DNA from: a virus
DNA length: 64,000 bases
Virus record (IMG/VR): IMGVR_UViG_3300037760_000179
Location: 29,708 to 93,707 of that record
Strand: one strand, 5' to 3'
The number at the start of each line of letters is the position of its first letter. The stretch's first letter is position 1. Positions 32,982 to 43,066 of the stretch are shown in pieces. The notes under the pieces were generated by a model. The model saw only the letters and a program-made list of their open reading frames with translations. It was not told the origin of the DNA and did not search any database. A program made the position numbers and the translations under genes.

Positions 32982-34313
32982 TCATGACTGACCGCCCGCC
33001 ATCATGAGCAGGGCGGTCAACGTGACTTCCTGCCGCTGCGTACCCGTGGCGGCGACATTGCGGGCCGTGCGCAGCAGCGCCGTGCGCGTCTCGGCGGGCA
33101 GCGAGCACCACGCCTCGTACGCGTTCGGCGGAAGCTGGGTGTACTCCGGCACTGGGAACCTACCGGTCGGATCCACGTCATCGTCGGTAAACGGTGCCGC
33201 AGGCACCCAGCCGTGCTCGGTGTACCAGCCAACCGCCACCGCGTCGACCATCGTCCGTACCGACCAGCCGCCCTCACTGGCTGCGGCCAGGGCACGCTCG
33301 TACATCGCCGCGTCGGTGCAGACCGCCCAGAGTGCCACCCGGTCGGACTCCGCCTGCGCCGCAGCAGCGACCGCCCGACGGACCCCCGCCGGCAGTACCC
33401 CGAACGCGGCGACCGCCCCGGCGCCGGCCCTGACGATCTGCTCGCCGACCCTACGGATCGCGGTCACGGTCCCGTCGCGGTCGGCCGGGCCAGTGACCAC
33501 GCCTCCGTCCGGACGGACCTCGGTCACCTCCAGTTCGGTCACCTCCGGCGAGCCGGGCGATGCGCGTACCGTGATCCGGTCGCCCGGCGCCAGCCGGAGC
33601 GAGGGCGGCGGCGCGAACTGCCACGTAGCGGTCGGGTGCGCCACATAAGGCGTCAGGTCAATGCCGCCTGCCAGCTCCGCCAAGGTGGGCGCCTCCGGGT
33701 CGGCTGGCGGGTCCGGCGTCCAGAACACGGTGCCCGCTGCGGCCAGGTGGGCGTACGCCGCCGCCCGCTCCGCCAGGGTCGGCACTGCGGGATCGCGCGA
33801 CGGTATGGGTTGCCTGTCGAGCCGGCGCGGGTTGCCCAGCTCCCGCTCCAACCGCCGCCACAGGTCGTCCCGCTGCTGCTCGGTGGCATCATCCGGCACC
33901 CAGGCGCCGACGAACCGGTGGAAGTCGTCCAGCCGCAGGAACCAGCGTCCGTCGGCGTGCCGGTACCAGCGGCGGGTCCGGCTCTGCAAACGGTCAGCGA
34001 TCTCCTCCACCAACTCCAGTCCCGTGTCGTCGAACGCGGTCACCAGGTCCGGGCGCCAGCGCATCGCCGGCGGGTCGACCTCCCGGGAACCGCGCACCGG
34101 GGCGGAGCCGGGTGACGGCCGGCCGACTTGGACCCGCTGCCACGACTCCTGACAGCCCGGCGAACACCAATACGCGCTGGCCGAGTGCCCGCCCAGCGCC
34201 GTCCCGCAGCCGGGACCGGCACAACGGCCCTCCACCGCAGCGTCCACCGCCGCCAGGATCTCGTCAGCGCTCTGGTCCGGCTTATCCCCGTTCCGGACCT
34301 GGAGCCCGGTCAC
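32982..34313 (-). CDS. Hypothetical multidomain protein
   Basis: N-term Cys cluster (CAGPGC..WCSPGC); GTGA-coupled start at 34313. Confidence 0.6.
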   Translation of the reverse strand: MTGLQVRNGDKPDQSADEILAAVDAAVEGRCAGPGCGTALGGHSASAYWCSPGCQESWQRVQVGRPSPGSAPVRGSREVDPPAMRWRPDLVTAFDDTGLELVEEIADRLQSRTRRWYRHADGRWFLRLDDFHRFVGAWVPDDATEQQRDDLWRRLERELGNPRRLDRQPIPSRDPAVPTLAERAAAYAHLAAAGTVFWTPDPPADPEAPTLAELAGGIDLTPYVAHPTATWQFAPPPSLRLAPGDRITVRASPGSPEVTELEVTEVRPDGGVVTGPADRDGTVTAIRRVGEQIVRAGAGAVAAFGVLPAGVRRAVAAAAQAESDRVALWAVCTDAAMYERALAAASEGGWSVRTMVDAVAVGWYTEHGWVPAAPFTDDDVDPTGRFPVPEYTQLPPNAYEAWCSLPAETRTALLRTARNVAATGTQRQEVTLTALLMMAGGQS

Positions 34314-34546
34314 TGCCGGCTCCGGTCCACCAGAGCCGCCACGCTTGCCGCCGGCTCGCACGGCCACACCACGTCGCAGCGCCGACACCACGGCACCTCA
34401 CCGTTCGGCCACCGCGCCCGGCCACCCGTCGGCGCCGGGGACGGCTCGTGAGCACCCAGCACCACCAGAGCCATCGCGTACGCGAACCGCTCAGGCCAGT
34501 CCCGCAGCCACCCCCAGAAGGTGACCAGAAGTCTCCGCACCACCAT
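34310..34546 (-). CDS. Small CxxC/WPC protein (paralog of 32214-32441)
   Basis: PWCRRCDVVWPC. Confidence 0.6.
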   Translation of the reverse strand: MVVRRLLVTFWGWLRDWPERFAYAMALVVLGAHEPSPAPTGGRARWPNGEVPWCRRCDVVWPCEPAASVAALVDRSRQ

Positions 34547-34962
34547 CACTCCCCTCCCCCACCGTCGTCGATCTTGTCGTCCCGGACCACCGGGATCACC
34601 ACCAGGTGCGGGTAATTCATAGCCAACTCGGTCAGCGGGTTGATCCTCGTGTGATCCTCCGGCGGCAGCGGAGCCACCACCAGGTGCTCCCCGTAGGTGG
34701 CCACCTGCTCGGCCAGCCAAGCGAGCACGTCCGCCTCGCCGTCAAAGCTCTCCGGCAGCGGCACCCCTGCTAGCTGCGGATGCTGGCGGAGCAGGTGCGG
34801 GGCGCACTCGCCTACCGCTCTCGGGAGCTGGTGGGTCATCAGCACGTCGCCGGTCAGGTAGTCCAGCAGTTCGTGGACCGCCGGCATGTGGCCCGGCGCC
34901 ACCAGCCGGCCGGTGGTCACGCTCAGCACGTCGCCCAAGTGGAACTTGCGGGTCTCAGCCAT
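34546..34962 (-). CDS. Conserved phage hypothetical protein
   Basis: FHLGDVLSVTTGRL...THQLPRA. Confidence 0.7.
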   Translation of the reverse strand: MAETRKFHLGDVLSVTTGRLVAPGHMPAVHELLDYLTGDVLMTHQLPRAVGECAPHLLRQHPQLAGVPLPESFDGEADVLAWLAEQVATYGEHLVVAPLPPEDHTRINPLTELAMNYPHLVVIPVVRDDKIDDGGGGE

Positions 34963-36342
34963 GGGTCTCCCTCTCCATCCTCGCCAGGTAGGCGTTGACC
35001 GCCTCCACCACCAGCGCCGCGTCCTCAGGTACGCGCATCATCCCGACCACACTGCTGTCGTCAGACATGCTGGTCCTCCCCGTTGGTGGTGCTGGTGGTG
35101 ACCTGGCGGGCGATCCGGGCGATCTCAAAGAGGGCGACTGCGCGCTCCACCCGTCGCGCCTGACCGGTGGCCGTGGCCCAGGCGTCGAAGAAGGCTGCGA
35201 TGTCTTCGCCGGCCTGCGCCCGGACCCGGGCATCGTGGGCGGGTAGCACCGCCCGGAGCGCGGCGGCAACCGCCCGATCTACCTCGGCCGGGGTCGGATT
35301 CACGGCAGGGATGTGGTTCCACGCTGCGCTGGCACCGGTCTCCAGCTCGGCATCGGTGAACGGCTCAGCCATCGGTACCTCCGGTGAGTGCGCGGCGGAT
35401 GCGGTCAGCGTCTGGGTGCCCGGTGGGGATGCCCAGACAGGTTGGGTCGGTCTCGCCGCCCAGTGCGGTCAGCACCATGGCGAGCGCGTGCCCGGTGGCG
35501 GCCCAGCCATGCTCGGCGGCGGCGTCCCGCCAGTGCTCGGCAACGATGCGCGCCGCGGGCGTGCGTGCCCAGCCGTCGGCGGTGAGCGCGTCCAGCACCG
35601 CCCGGCCGGCGTGCGGCGTCCAGTCGCAGTCCCCGACGTAGCTCCGCAGCACCGAGGCCACCAGCTCCACCGTGGCCGGGTCGTGGTCAGCCATGGTCGC
35701 CATCCTTCGTCACCTCGGCTAGCCGCTGGCCAATCTCCGCCCACTCGGCAGCCTTGGGCCGCAGCCGCACGACCAGTTCGGTCACCTCCCAGTCCCGTTG
35801 CAGCCGGTGAGCAGTGGCAGCGAGATGGGCGTCGCACGCCCACGACACGGCGGCGTCGCCGCGTCGGGTGACCGTCCAGGTGGGGTCGCCGCATCCGCAG
35901 GCGCCGCAGTGGTAGGCAGGGGCCGGGTTGTAGCGGTCAGCCGGCGGCATCGGGCACCTCCGGCTCGGGTGGGACGGCGGACAGCGGACCGTGCTCGGCC
36001 ACCAGCGCCTGCCACGGCAGCACGCAAGGGACGACCGGGTGCCACACCCGACCCTCGCCCGCGTCGGCTGGCTCCACCAGCAGCCAATGTCCAGGTACGT
36101 CCCGCTGCCAGTGGCAGCCGTGCCGGTCCCACAGCCCGGTGACCTCCGGTCCGGGCTCCAGTGGAAGCTCCCACACGGTCGGGACGGTGGCCGGCACCAG
36201 CAGCCAGTCACCGGCCAGCGCGTCCACGACCCGCCCGGCGGTGGCCCACAGCCGGCGGGTGGTGCTGGACGTGTCCGGATCCGGCAGCGGGTCGGACGGC
36301 TCGCTCGGCCGGTACAGCTGCTCGTAGATCAGGTGCCGGGCG

Positions 36343-38481
36343 TCAGGCATGGTCGGGCTCCTCTCCGCCGGCCGGGGCCGGCTGCGGGCTGCCGGGGACG
36401 GGACGCCCGTCTGCGCGGATGATGTCGGCTCGTGCACGCAATCCACGAGCGGTGAACGCCCGGGCGCCCGACTCCAGCAGCACGCTGGCGTCGTTGGCTG
36501 CCTCCTCCAGCGCGTCGGCTGCGGCGTCCAGGCGGGCGCCGCCCCGCTCCGCCAGCAGCCGGTTCCGCTGGAGGTCCAGGCCCTCCCGGTCGGCGCGCAC
36601 GTACTCCAGCTCGGCACGGACATCCCGTAGCTGGCTGTCGCGCATCGCCACCGTGGCCCGCAGGTCCGTCACGTCCCCGGCCATGCGGGCCAGCTCCTCC
36701 CGCACATCGGCCAGCTCGTCGCGGGCGGCGCCGCGCTCGGCTTGGCGGCGGTCGGCGATGTCTCGCTCGTGCTGGGCCCGGCGACCCCGGCGCTCAGCCA
36801 ACTCGGCCAGCCGGTCCCGGTCGGCGAGCAGGGCGAGCACCTGATCCCTCAGCGCCTGCCCCCGCTCCGGGCTGACCAGATCGGCGGCCACCGACTCACC
36901 AGCCAGCCCGGCGGCGAGTGCGCCGACCGTCTCCCGGTCCCACCCGGGTCCGCCGGCCGGCTCCGGGGCGGGCTCGGCGGCGAGCGCGCCCATGATCCGC
37001 TCACCGGCCGCGATGACCTGACCCACCAGCCCCTCACCACGGTCACCCACCGGCGCACGCACAGCCGCATCAACCAGCCACGCCAGCGCCGCCCACGCAG
37101 GGACGCCGGTGGTGGTGTGGCGCTCGTGGCAGTCGTCGGCCAGGTCAGCCACGCTCAGGTGAGCCACCGGAGCCGGGGCGGGCTCGGCGTCCGACGGACC
37201 GTGGGCTCCCACCACGTGGTCGTAGATCGCCCGCTGACCGTCGGCCAGTTCATCCTCCGGGCAGGACCCGGCGTCCACCTCGGCAACGAAATGCTGTACC
37301 GCCACCAGATGCCGGTCGGTCACGTCCGGGTAGAGGTCCCGGATCTGGTCGCCGGACAGCCCGTCAGCCAGCAGCCCTGCGATGGTGTCCACCCGGATCC
37401 GGGTACCGCCCAGGCAGGGCGCACCGGACATCCTGCCCGGGTCGACCCAGATGCAAGACTCCATGTAGCGGCGGTGCTGCGAGATCAGCGCCTCCCGGCG
37501 CTCGGCCATGTCCCGCAGCGATGCGGCCTCGCTGTTGGCCACCCCTGCCGGCTGCGTCCCACCCTCGTCGGTGGAACTCGGCGTCGGCTGCGCGGCCAGG
37601 TAGGCGTCGAACTCGGCGGTCGTCATCGGCGGCCGGGGGTCTCCGGCGATGGAGTGCCGCACCTCGGCCGGTCGGTCGGCGAGCGCCTCCTCGGCCGGGC
37701 CGTCCAGCGGGTCGTTGTGCATGCCCACGGACGCGGAGCCATGGACGGGGCACCCGTTCTCGGTCAGCTCTCCGCCGCTTCTTCCGCACCGCTTGCACAT
37801 GTAGCGCTGTGACGTCGACGCGATGGGGCGGCCGGTGAGCCCGTCGTGGTCCGGGCCGCCGGTGGTCGGGGTGGGCACGGCTAATCCACGGCTAGTGGTG
37901 ACCAAATTGGCCGTGGCGGGCTCGGCCGGGTTCAAGTCAGACGGCGGTTTGCTTGGACCGTCGCCGCCAGGGTTCAAGTTTCGTTGGAGCGACCCGCCGA
38001 GCGCGTCCACGGCGGCGATCAGCGCGAGGTCGGTGCCGTCCGCCCACAGCGCCGGGTCGTCGCCGTCTCGGCACGCCTGCCGCCACGCCCGCGCCGCGTC
38101 CAGCACCCGGGCGGCGCGCGGGTCCACCAGCAGTGGCGCGACCGCTCTAGCGGCTACGTCCGCCAGGATGTCCACGAACCCGTGCTGATGGCCGAGGTCT
38201 GGGTCTGCCGCCAGCCGCGCTCGGATCATCTCTCGCGCCCGTCCCAGGATGGCCGGGCCGGTGGGCGGCGGGTTGGGGACGGCGGCCGGTGGGGCGCCCC
38301 GGGGCGGCTGGTCAGGCTGGTTGGCACCCCAGTGCCCCAACTCAGCGATCAGCTCCGGCACGCCGGTGTCGTGCACTGGGCAGGGACGCTCCCGGCCGCA
38401 CGGCTCCGGCCCACCCTCCCGGCCGTGCACGGTCGCCTCACACAGGGCGGCGGGCTGCGGCGTGGTCGGGTCGGTGGTCAT
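36343..38481 (-). CDS. Large mosaic protein with internal DUF433 domain and coiled coil
   Basis: VDPGRMSGAPCLGGTRIRV..LADGLS..I...YP (DUF433); C-term heptad region. Confidence 0.7.
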   Translation of the reverse strand: MTTDPTTPQPAALCEATVHGREGGPEPCGRERPCPVHDTGVPELIAELGHWGANQPDQPPRGAPPAAVPNPPPTGPAILGRAREMIRARLAADPDLGHQHGFVDILADVAARAVAPLLVDPRAARVLDAARAWRQACRDGDDPALWADGTDLALIAAVDALGGSLQRNLNPGGDGPSKPPSDLNPAEPATANLVTTSRGLAVPTPTTGGPDHDGLTGRPIASTSQRYMCKRCGRSGGELTENGCPVHGSASVGMHNDPLDGPAEEALADRPAEVRHSIAGDPRPPMTTAEFDAYLAAQPTPSSTDEGGTQPAGVANSEAASLRDMAERREALISQHRRYMESCIWVDPGRMSGAPCLGGTRIRVDTIAGLLADGLSGDQIRDLYPDVTDRHLVAVQHFVAEVDAGSCPEDELADGQRAIYDHVVGAHGPSDAEPAPAPVAHLSVADLADDCHERHTTTGVPAWAALAWLVDAAVRAPVGDRGEGLVGQVIAAGERIMGALAAEPAPEPAGGPGWDRETVGALAAGLAGESVAADLVSPERGQALRDQVLALLADRDRLAELAERRGRRAQHERDIADRRQAERGAARDELADVREELARMAGDVTDLRATVAMRDSQLRDVRAELEYVRADREGLDLQRNRLLAERGGARLDAAADALEEAANDASVLLESGARAFTARGLRARADIIRADGRPVPGSPQPAPAGGEEPDHA

Positions 38482-39016
38482 CGGGTCTCCTCATCGGTGG
38501 CGGTGCGGACCAGCCGGCCCACACGTAGTGACGCGCCCCACCGGGTACGGGTGTACCCGGACACCCGCTGCACCGAGTACGGCCGGCGGACCTCCACGTG
38601 CCACGCCCAGTGGGGCAGCCAGCGGGTCCGGCGGGGCACGCGGCGGATGGTGACCGTGCAGACCGGATCGGCAGTCGGGTCGGTGGTGCTCATCGGGCGA
38701 TCTCCTCGGCCAGCGCCGCCTCAAGCCGGACAGCCAGCGCGTCAACGCAGCGCCGAACCAGCCGGATGTCGGCGAACTCAACGAAGTCCTCAGATGCGGC
38801 GGCGTCCAGCAGGTCCGCCATCAGGCACGACTCCTCGACACCTTCGTCGGCGTCGGCCGCGTCGGCACGAACGGCCTCGGCGAGCTGGCGGAGTTGGTCC
38901 GGGGTGCGCATGTCAGGTGTCCTCTCGGGTGATGGTGGTGGTTGCTCCGCACCGGCAGCGGTGACCGTGCGGGTGCAGCGGATGATCGGCGCCTTCGGCA
39001 CGCCAGTCCCGCCGGT

Positions 39017-39337
39017 TCACCGGTCCGCTCCCGACTCCAGCACGGTGCCCTCCAGCGGGTACGGGTCCCCCACGGCGTAGGCGCGCCACTCCTCCGGCAT
39101 CAGGCCCACCTGCATACACACGTCGGTAGGCTCCCCGGTCACGTCCTCCAGGCACACCGTCAGCTCCCACCAGCCCGTCTGCGGCCCCAGCGGGCCACGG
39201 ACCGTCTCGTCCGGGTCGTGGTCTGCGGCGGTCACCTGACCGCGTGGCGGATCGGCCAGGGCAGGCTCCGAGTCGGTGCCGCAGGCGGCGAGGAGGGCCA
39301 AGAGCCCGGCTGCCGCTGCGACACGGCGCGCGGTCAC
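39017..39337 (-). CDS. Putative lipoprotein
   Basis: Signal peptide with lipobox LLAAC. Confidence 0.6.
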   Translation of the reverse strand: MTARRVAAAAGLLALLAACGTDSEPALADPPRGQVTAADHDPDETVRGPLGPQTGWWELTVCLEDVTGEPTDVCMQVGLMPEEWRAYAVGDPYPLEGTVLESGADR

Positions 39338-39639
39338 CGGTTCACCCCCGGACGGGCGTCCGCCTCCGACTCCGTGATCCGCCGCACGGCCCGCAGGATG
39401 CCCTCCATATACGGCCGGTCCAACTCCTGCGTCTCCGACGTGAGCCGGCCGAACGGGACGATGCTGCGGTGCCCCGGGTCGGTGCGGTCCCGCCACACCG
39501 CCCACGCATCGTGCACATCCTCCAGCGACGTGGTGATACCGGTGGTCAGCGCCAGCAGGGCGTACAGCCGCGCCAGCTCCGGGTCCAGGTCGGGCAGCTC
39601 CGCGTTCACCGCGTCGATCGCGTCCTGTACGTACGTCAC
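39334..39639 (-). CDS. Conserved actinophage hypothetical protein
   Basis: LYALLAL..G..T.LEDVHDAW. Confidence 0.7.
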   Translation of the reverse strand: MTYVQDAIDAVNAELPDLDPELARLYALLALTTGITTSLEDVHDAWAVWRDRTDPGHRSIVPFGRLTSETQELDRPYMEGILRAVRRITESEADARPGVNR

Positions 39640-39872
39640 GTCCCCTCGCTCCCTTCGTTGATCTCGTCTGTCTCCATCAACTCCGTGAGCCCGTCCAATA
39701 CGGGCTCACCTCCCCCGCCGGTCCTCACCGGTGACCGCACCCGGGGTTTGGGTGCGAGCACCAGCCCCAGCCGGGAAGCGCACACCCGGCCGAGTCCGAC
39801 GGCACACCAGCGTGGGTCGGACAGCACTCGGCGGCAGCGGTTGCACCGCGGCGGCGGGTCGGTGGCGGTCAT
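39636..39872 (-). CDS. DUF6011-like Zn-binding protein
   Basis: CNRCRRVLSDP...GLGRVC. Confidence 0.7.
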   Translation of the reverse strand: MTATDPPPRCNRCRRVLSDPRWCAVGLGRVCASRLGLVLAPKPRVRSPVRTGGGGEPVLDGLTELMETDEINEGSEGT

Positions 39873-41602
39873 GGCACACCTGCGCCCTCCCCCATTAGCG
39901 TCGGACTCACGGTCAGCTCACCCCGGCCGGACGCCAACTCCAGTGACCGCAGCCGCGACAGGGAGTTGCGGAACCCGCCCGAACCCGCGGAGTAACCGGT
40001 TGCGTCGGCGATCTCCGGCACCGGCACGGCCGCCGGGTACCGATCCACCAGCACGTCGAGGATGGCCCGCTCCGCCTTGCCCAGGTGGTGGGCCTTCCAC
40101 CAGTCGACCAGCGCCCGACCGACCGGCAGCGGGTCGTAAGCGCCCAGCGCGTCCAGCCCGGCTGCGGTGATAACGACGTCGCCACGGCCTTCGATCAGCC
40201 CGGCGGAACGCAGCGCGGACAGGCTGTTGCGGTAGCCGCCGGAGGTGTGGGAGTAGCCGGTCAGCAGCGCAACCTGGGTGACGGTGCGGGTGCCGTGCTG
40301 CGCCAGGGCGGTCAGGATGGCCCGCTGCGCCTTCGGCAGGCTCCGGTCCCCCGGGCCAGCGGTAGGTGCCGGCTGTGGCGCGGGCGCCGGCCGGCAGGGC
40401 GTCGGCGCCGGACGTGGAGCCGGCGGTGGGGTGGGCGACTGGCCGGCTGCGGCGATCGCCTCCACCGTCGGACCCAGCCGCTCCAACGCCGCGGTGATCT
40501 GCTCGTGCATCTCCCGCGCCGCCAGGTCCAGGTGGTCCCGGACCGCGGTCAGCTGGCCGCCGGCCTCCCGCAGCTCGGCCAGGTTCGCGTCGGTGAGCAC
40601 CGGCACCTCGACCCGCTGCGGCTCCGGCTGGTCGGCCTTCGCCGCGGCGAGCTGCCGCTCCAGTTCGGCGATCCGCGCCCGCAACGCCCGCGGGTCCTCC
40701 GCCTTGGCCCGTTCCACGGTGGCGGCGATCTGCTCCCCCAGCGCCGCCAGGTCCACCGCGGCCATCCGCTGCGGCAGCACCCGCCGCTCACCCGGCCGCG
40801 GAGTGGCGTGTGAGTCAAACGTGCGGATCGGGCGGATCTTCGACCGAAGCAGCAGCCGCAGCCAGCCCGGCGACCACACCCACGCCTCACCGGTCTCCAG
40901 ACTCGACAGGGTGGAGATCACCGCTCGGATCTCCTCCGGCTCGCTGGCGTGGTCATCGATCCAGTCGTTGATCGCCTTGCGGGTCTTCGGCCCGGTCACC
41001 CGCAGCACCACCAGCGTCTCCATCAGGTCCAGCACCGTCTTGGACACGTCCGCGGCCCGCTGCGAGATCACCGTCATACCCAGCCCGCGGCCACGGCCCC
41101 GCTTGGCCACGTCCTCCATCGCCCCGAGCAGCCGGGCCACGTCGGCGCTGGCCCGCTGTGGGATCAGCACGTCCGCCTCGTCAACTACCACGTGCAGCGG
41201 GTCACGGTTGAGCCGGTACACCTCCTCGGCGAAGTCTGTGGTGAACGCGCGCGCCTTCGTCTTGCTCATCACCGACAGGTCCAGCACCGCCAGCTGCCGG
41301 GTCTCGACCAGCACCTTGGCGAGCAGCCGCCCGGCGGTCGGCTCCAGCGGCACGTCGGCATGGTCCCCACCGAAGATCACAAACGGCAGGCCATCGCTCT
41401 TGCCGCTGGCCGAGGAACGCAGCCCCCACCAGTCGCCCTTGATGTCCAGCACCACCACCGGCTGACCGGCCGAGGCCAACTCCTCCACGAAAACCCGGGC
41501 TGTGCTCGACTTCCCGGCGCCACGGTTAGCCAGGATCGCCACCGTCTCGGTGACCGCCTCGATCGGCAAGGTCAGACCCGGCCCCAGCTTGATCTCGCTC
41601 AT
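39869..41602 (-). CDS. HerA/FtsK-like (DUF87) ATPase with C-terminal winged helices
   Basis: ANRGAGKS, VVVDEAD, GRGRG, ISQR; two C-term repeats SGG.RNSLS.LRS; ATG at 41602. Confidence 0.8.
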   Translation of the reverse strand: MSEIKLGPGLTLPIEAVTETVAILANRGAGKSSTARVFVEELASAGQPVVVLDIKGDWWGLRSSASGKSDGLPFVIFGGDHADVPLEPTAGRLLAKVLVETRQLAVLDLSVMSKTKARAFTTDFAEEVYRLNRDPLHVVVDEADVLIPQRASADVARLLGAMEDVAKRGRGRGLGMTVISQRAADVSKTVLDLMETLVVLRVTGPKTRKAINDWIDDHASEPEEIRAVISTLSSLETGEAWVWSPGWLRLLLRSKIRPIRTFDSHATPRPGERRVLPQRMAAVDLAALGEQIAATVERAKAEDPRALRARIAELERQLAAAKADQPEPQRVEVPVLTDANLAELREAGGQLTAVRDHLDLAAREMHEQITAALERLGPTVEAIAAAGQSPTPPPAPRPAPTPCRPAPAPQPAPTAGPGDRSLPKAQRAILTALAQHGTRTVTQVALLTGYSHTSGGYRNSLSALRSAGLIEGRGDVVITAAGLDALGAYDPLPVGRALVDWWKAHHLGKAERAILDVLVDRYPAAVPVPEIADATGYSAGSGGFRNSLSRLRSLELASGRGELTVSPTLMGEGAGVP

Positions 41603-42030
41603 GACCCCTCCTGCGGGTTCCAGAACTCGTCGTCGGCGTCCCTCGGGTCGTGCCACACCAGCGACCGGGAAGCGCCGATCAGCCCGGCCAGGGACCGGGT
41701 GTCCTCGGCCGGCAGCCTCAGCACCGCCACCGGCTCGTCCGGGTTCCCCTGCCAGAACACCGACAGCTGCACCCCGTGCCGCTTCACCCCGCCGCCGTAC
41801 GGGTAGATCGACGCCCGCAGCACGTCCCCGGTGTGCGGGTCCTCCACCTCCAGGGCGTCCGGCGGGTACAGCCGCCCCGGTCGGGAGATCGCCACGACAA
41901 CCCGGCCGGTGACGGTCCAGCCGGCCATCAGCGTCCGCCGGCCGTACTCGTCCCCGCCGAGCTGGACCGGCAGCAGCGTCCGCCAGCCGTGCCAGTACCA
42001 CTCCGGCCCGTAGCACCACACCCTGTTCAC
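41599..42030 (-). CDS. Hypothetical protein
   Basis: Coupled ORF. Confidence 0.55.
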   Translation of the reverse strand: MNRVWCYGPEWYWHGWRTLLPVQLGGDEYGRRTLMAGWTVTGRVVVAISRPGRLYPPDALEVEDPHTGDVLRASIYPYGGGVKRHGVQLSVFWQGNPDEPVAVLRLPAEDTRSLAGLIGASRSLVWHDPRDADDEFWNPQEGS

Positions 42031-43025
42031 CGATCGCTCCCCTTGCTTGCCTCGGTCGCTCTTTCCTGGATCGCAGCCCGCGCAGCTGCGGCGCCGCGGG
42101 CGGCGTTGCCGGTCCGGCTCGGGTCGTGGCCGCATGCCCGGCCACTGGGCAGGTAGCCCTCTGGGTCGCACAGGTCGCAGTTCCCGATCTCGACCCGCCG
42201 CAGCTCGGCCCGCTCCCGGGCGGCAGCGGACCGGCGGACAGCGTCGGATCGCGCCTGCCCCGCCTCCCATTGCTGGCGGAGGCGGCGGGCGTCGCCGCAC
42301 GGCCCGCAAGGGCCGTCGGCGGGCGCCATGAGGTGCTGGGGGCAGCGCTCTTGTGGGGGGTCCGAGCCTTCGGCCCTACTAGGGTGAGTTACTTCCCCAC
42401 CTGTACCACTGATTGGGGTGGGGTGGGGTGGGGTGGGGGGATTCGGAGTCGCATCGGACCCATCGTCGGAGGTGCGATCGGAGGTGCGATCGGTATCCGA
42501 CACACGTTTCCGGTGCTCATCGGCAACGGCGCTACTCGCCTGCCGCTCACCCGTGGCACCCCCCTCCGATCCTGCCGGGATCGGAGGTGCGATCGGCCGC
42601 GATCCGTTGCGGCGGCGGGTCCGATCGGTATCCGATGAGCAGAACGCGCACCCTGGATCGGTGACACCGCGGGCGGCGTGCCACCGCCGGTGGTTCCCCA
42701 GGGCGCCCCCGGACGACTTCTTCTCGCGCATCGCAGAGACCTCCGACTTGCTGATGTTCCTGTGGGAACCATCGCCGTCGGCATGCCACTGGTGAAACCG
42801 GTAGCCCGCCTTCGTCCGCCTCCACAGCCCAACGGCCACCAGCTCGTCCGCTAGCTCGGTCGCGCCGCGGGACAGTGACGGGATCATGTGCGCAGGAACA
42901 TCGCCATCGGTGAGATGTTCGTTCGCCCACGACCCCGCCAGCGCCCACAGCCCGATCGCGGCCAGCGACACGGCTGCCGTCTTGGGATGCGAGTGGAATC
43001 GGTCGTCCACCGGAAAGAACGGCAC
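42027..43025 (-). CDS. Phage replication initiator protein
   Basis: FPVDDRFHSHPK..AIGLW..AGSW..TDG..LVAVGLW; internal iterons; C-term Cys motifs; AAGGGAGG RBS. Confidence 0.8.
   Translation of the reverse strand: MPFFPVDDRFHSHPKTAAVSLAAIGLWALAGSWANEHLTDGDVPAHMIPSLSRGATELADELVAVGLWRRTKAGYRFHQWHADGDGSHRNISKSEVSAMREKKSSGGALGNHRRWHAARGVTDPGCAFCSSDTDRTRRRNGSRPIAPPIPAGSEGGATGERQASSAVADEHRKRVSDTDRTSDRTSDDGSDATPNPPTPPHPTPISGTGGEVTHPSRAEGSDPPQERCPQHLMAPADGPCGPCGDARRLRQQWEAGQARSDAVRRSAAARERAELRRVEIGNCDLCDPEGYLPSGRACGHDPSRTGNAARGAAAARAAIQERATEASKGSDR
42466..42635. repeat. Iterons (putative replication origin)
   Basis: TCGGAGGTGCGA at 42466, 42478 and 42581; GATCGGTATCCGA twice. Confidence 0.65.
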
Positions 43026-43066
43026 GAGTAGAAGTCCTCCCTTCAGAGCAGTGATGGGTCGCATTG

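Noticed and set aside
37880-37990. AT-richer patch with repeated GGGTTCAAGT resembling tRNA T-arms
   Set aside because: No cloverleaf can be formed; it lies in frame within the 712-aa ORF.
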